Of a stretch of 64,000 nt of DNA, positions 63,431 to 64,000 are shown piece after piece. The stretch comes from Podarcis liolepis (taxonomy: Eukaryota). The stretch lies in the NCBI GenBank assembly GCA_965112155.1, contig OZ218102.1. One strand, written 5' to 3'. The notes beneath the pieces were generated by a model. The model was not told where the DNA came from. It searched no databases and saw only the letters and a program-made list of their open reading frames with translations. Position numbers and translations under genes: made by a program. Position 1 is the stretch's first letter. The number at the start of each line of letters is the position of its first letter.

Positions 63431-64000
63431 TATAATTTGCAGTGCAAGATCTCACAACCTCATGCCACATTAGACAAATACACTTGGGGAAAAGCCTAGA
63501 TGTTGTTTCTCTGTGATAAAAATTGTAACTGGTGACTAAAAGTGCACATCCGTTTAAGACCGCATCCGCAGAGGTAGAGTAGAGTTCATTTGCCGCATGG
63601 TTTTTTTAAAAGATAATTTTGTGCTAAAAATGTCAATTGGTGACTAATAGCGTGCATTTTTTAAAAGACCACAGGAACGGAATAATACTCATTTTCCAGA
63701 TCATTCTTATTTAATAGCCACATGGCCAGAAACTAGAAACAAAATGGGAAATGGCTGTTTCCACCTTAATTGCCTTCTATAGCGACCTACTGTATTTCAC
63801 AAATTAAAAAGATAAAACAAGTTCAAGATCAGTGCTCCTTCCCCACCCCCACCCCCACCCCAAAAATTCAACACATCTTGTGAAATATGCCTCTGATTTT
63901 GCTTAAGTTGAATTCACTGGCGACTGGTGCAGACCAAGGAGCATAACGATCCCTCTCCTTCTGCTGTGGATAATTCACCATTGTCTTAATTCTTCTCTGG

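Larger units (their letters stand above)
20097..64000 (+). other. AFAP1L2: AFAP1L2 intron 1 (partial, >43 kb)
   Basis: Starts at the GT donor; I found no exon-2-like (ALEQLLTELDDFL...) coding sequence in the remainder. Confidence 0.7.

Overview
Eukaryotic (vertebrate) DNA, almost certainly from a squamate reptile. The Sauria SINE, Squam3-type SINEs, BovB and abundant hAT/Tc1/PIF MITEs point to a lacertid-like lizard. The window holds: (1) the last two coding exons of ABLIM1 (villin headpiece C-terminus, 232-312 and 428-541) and an inferred ~4.6 kb 3'UTR ending near 5100; (2) ~14 kb of repeat-rich intergenic DNA; (3) a CpG-island promoter and the 16-nt first coding exon (MDKYK|) of AFAP1L2 at 20081-20096; (4) >43 kb of AFAP1L2 intron 1, with exon 2 not found in the window. 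Apart from one ORF overlapping an ABLIM1 exon and a few reading through LINE fragments, the six-frame ORF track is non-coding noise. I found no evidence of a wholly new multi-gene system. The best leads are a ~375-bp foldback inside the ABLIM1 3'UTR, an unclassified CpG-rich LTR-like element upstream of AFAP1L2, uORFs and a CRE/ETS/GC composite at the AFAP1L2 promoter, a CpG-protected CR1 fragment, a Tc1 IR-DR terminus and several nested transposon insertions. All gene and family assignments are from recognition, not database searches.
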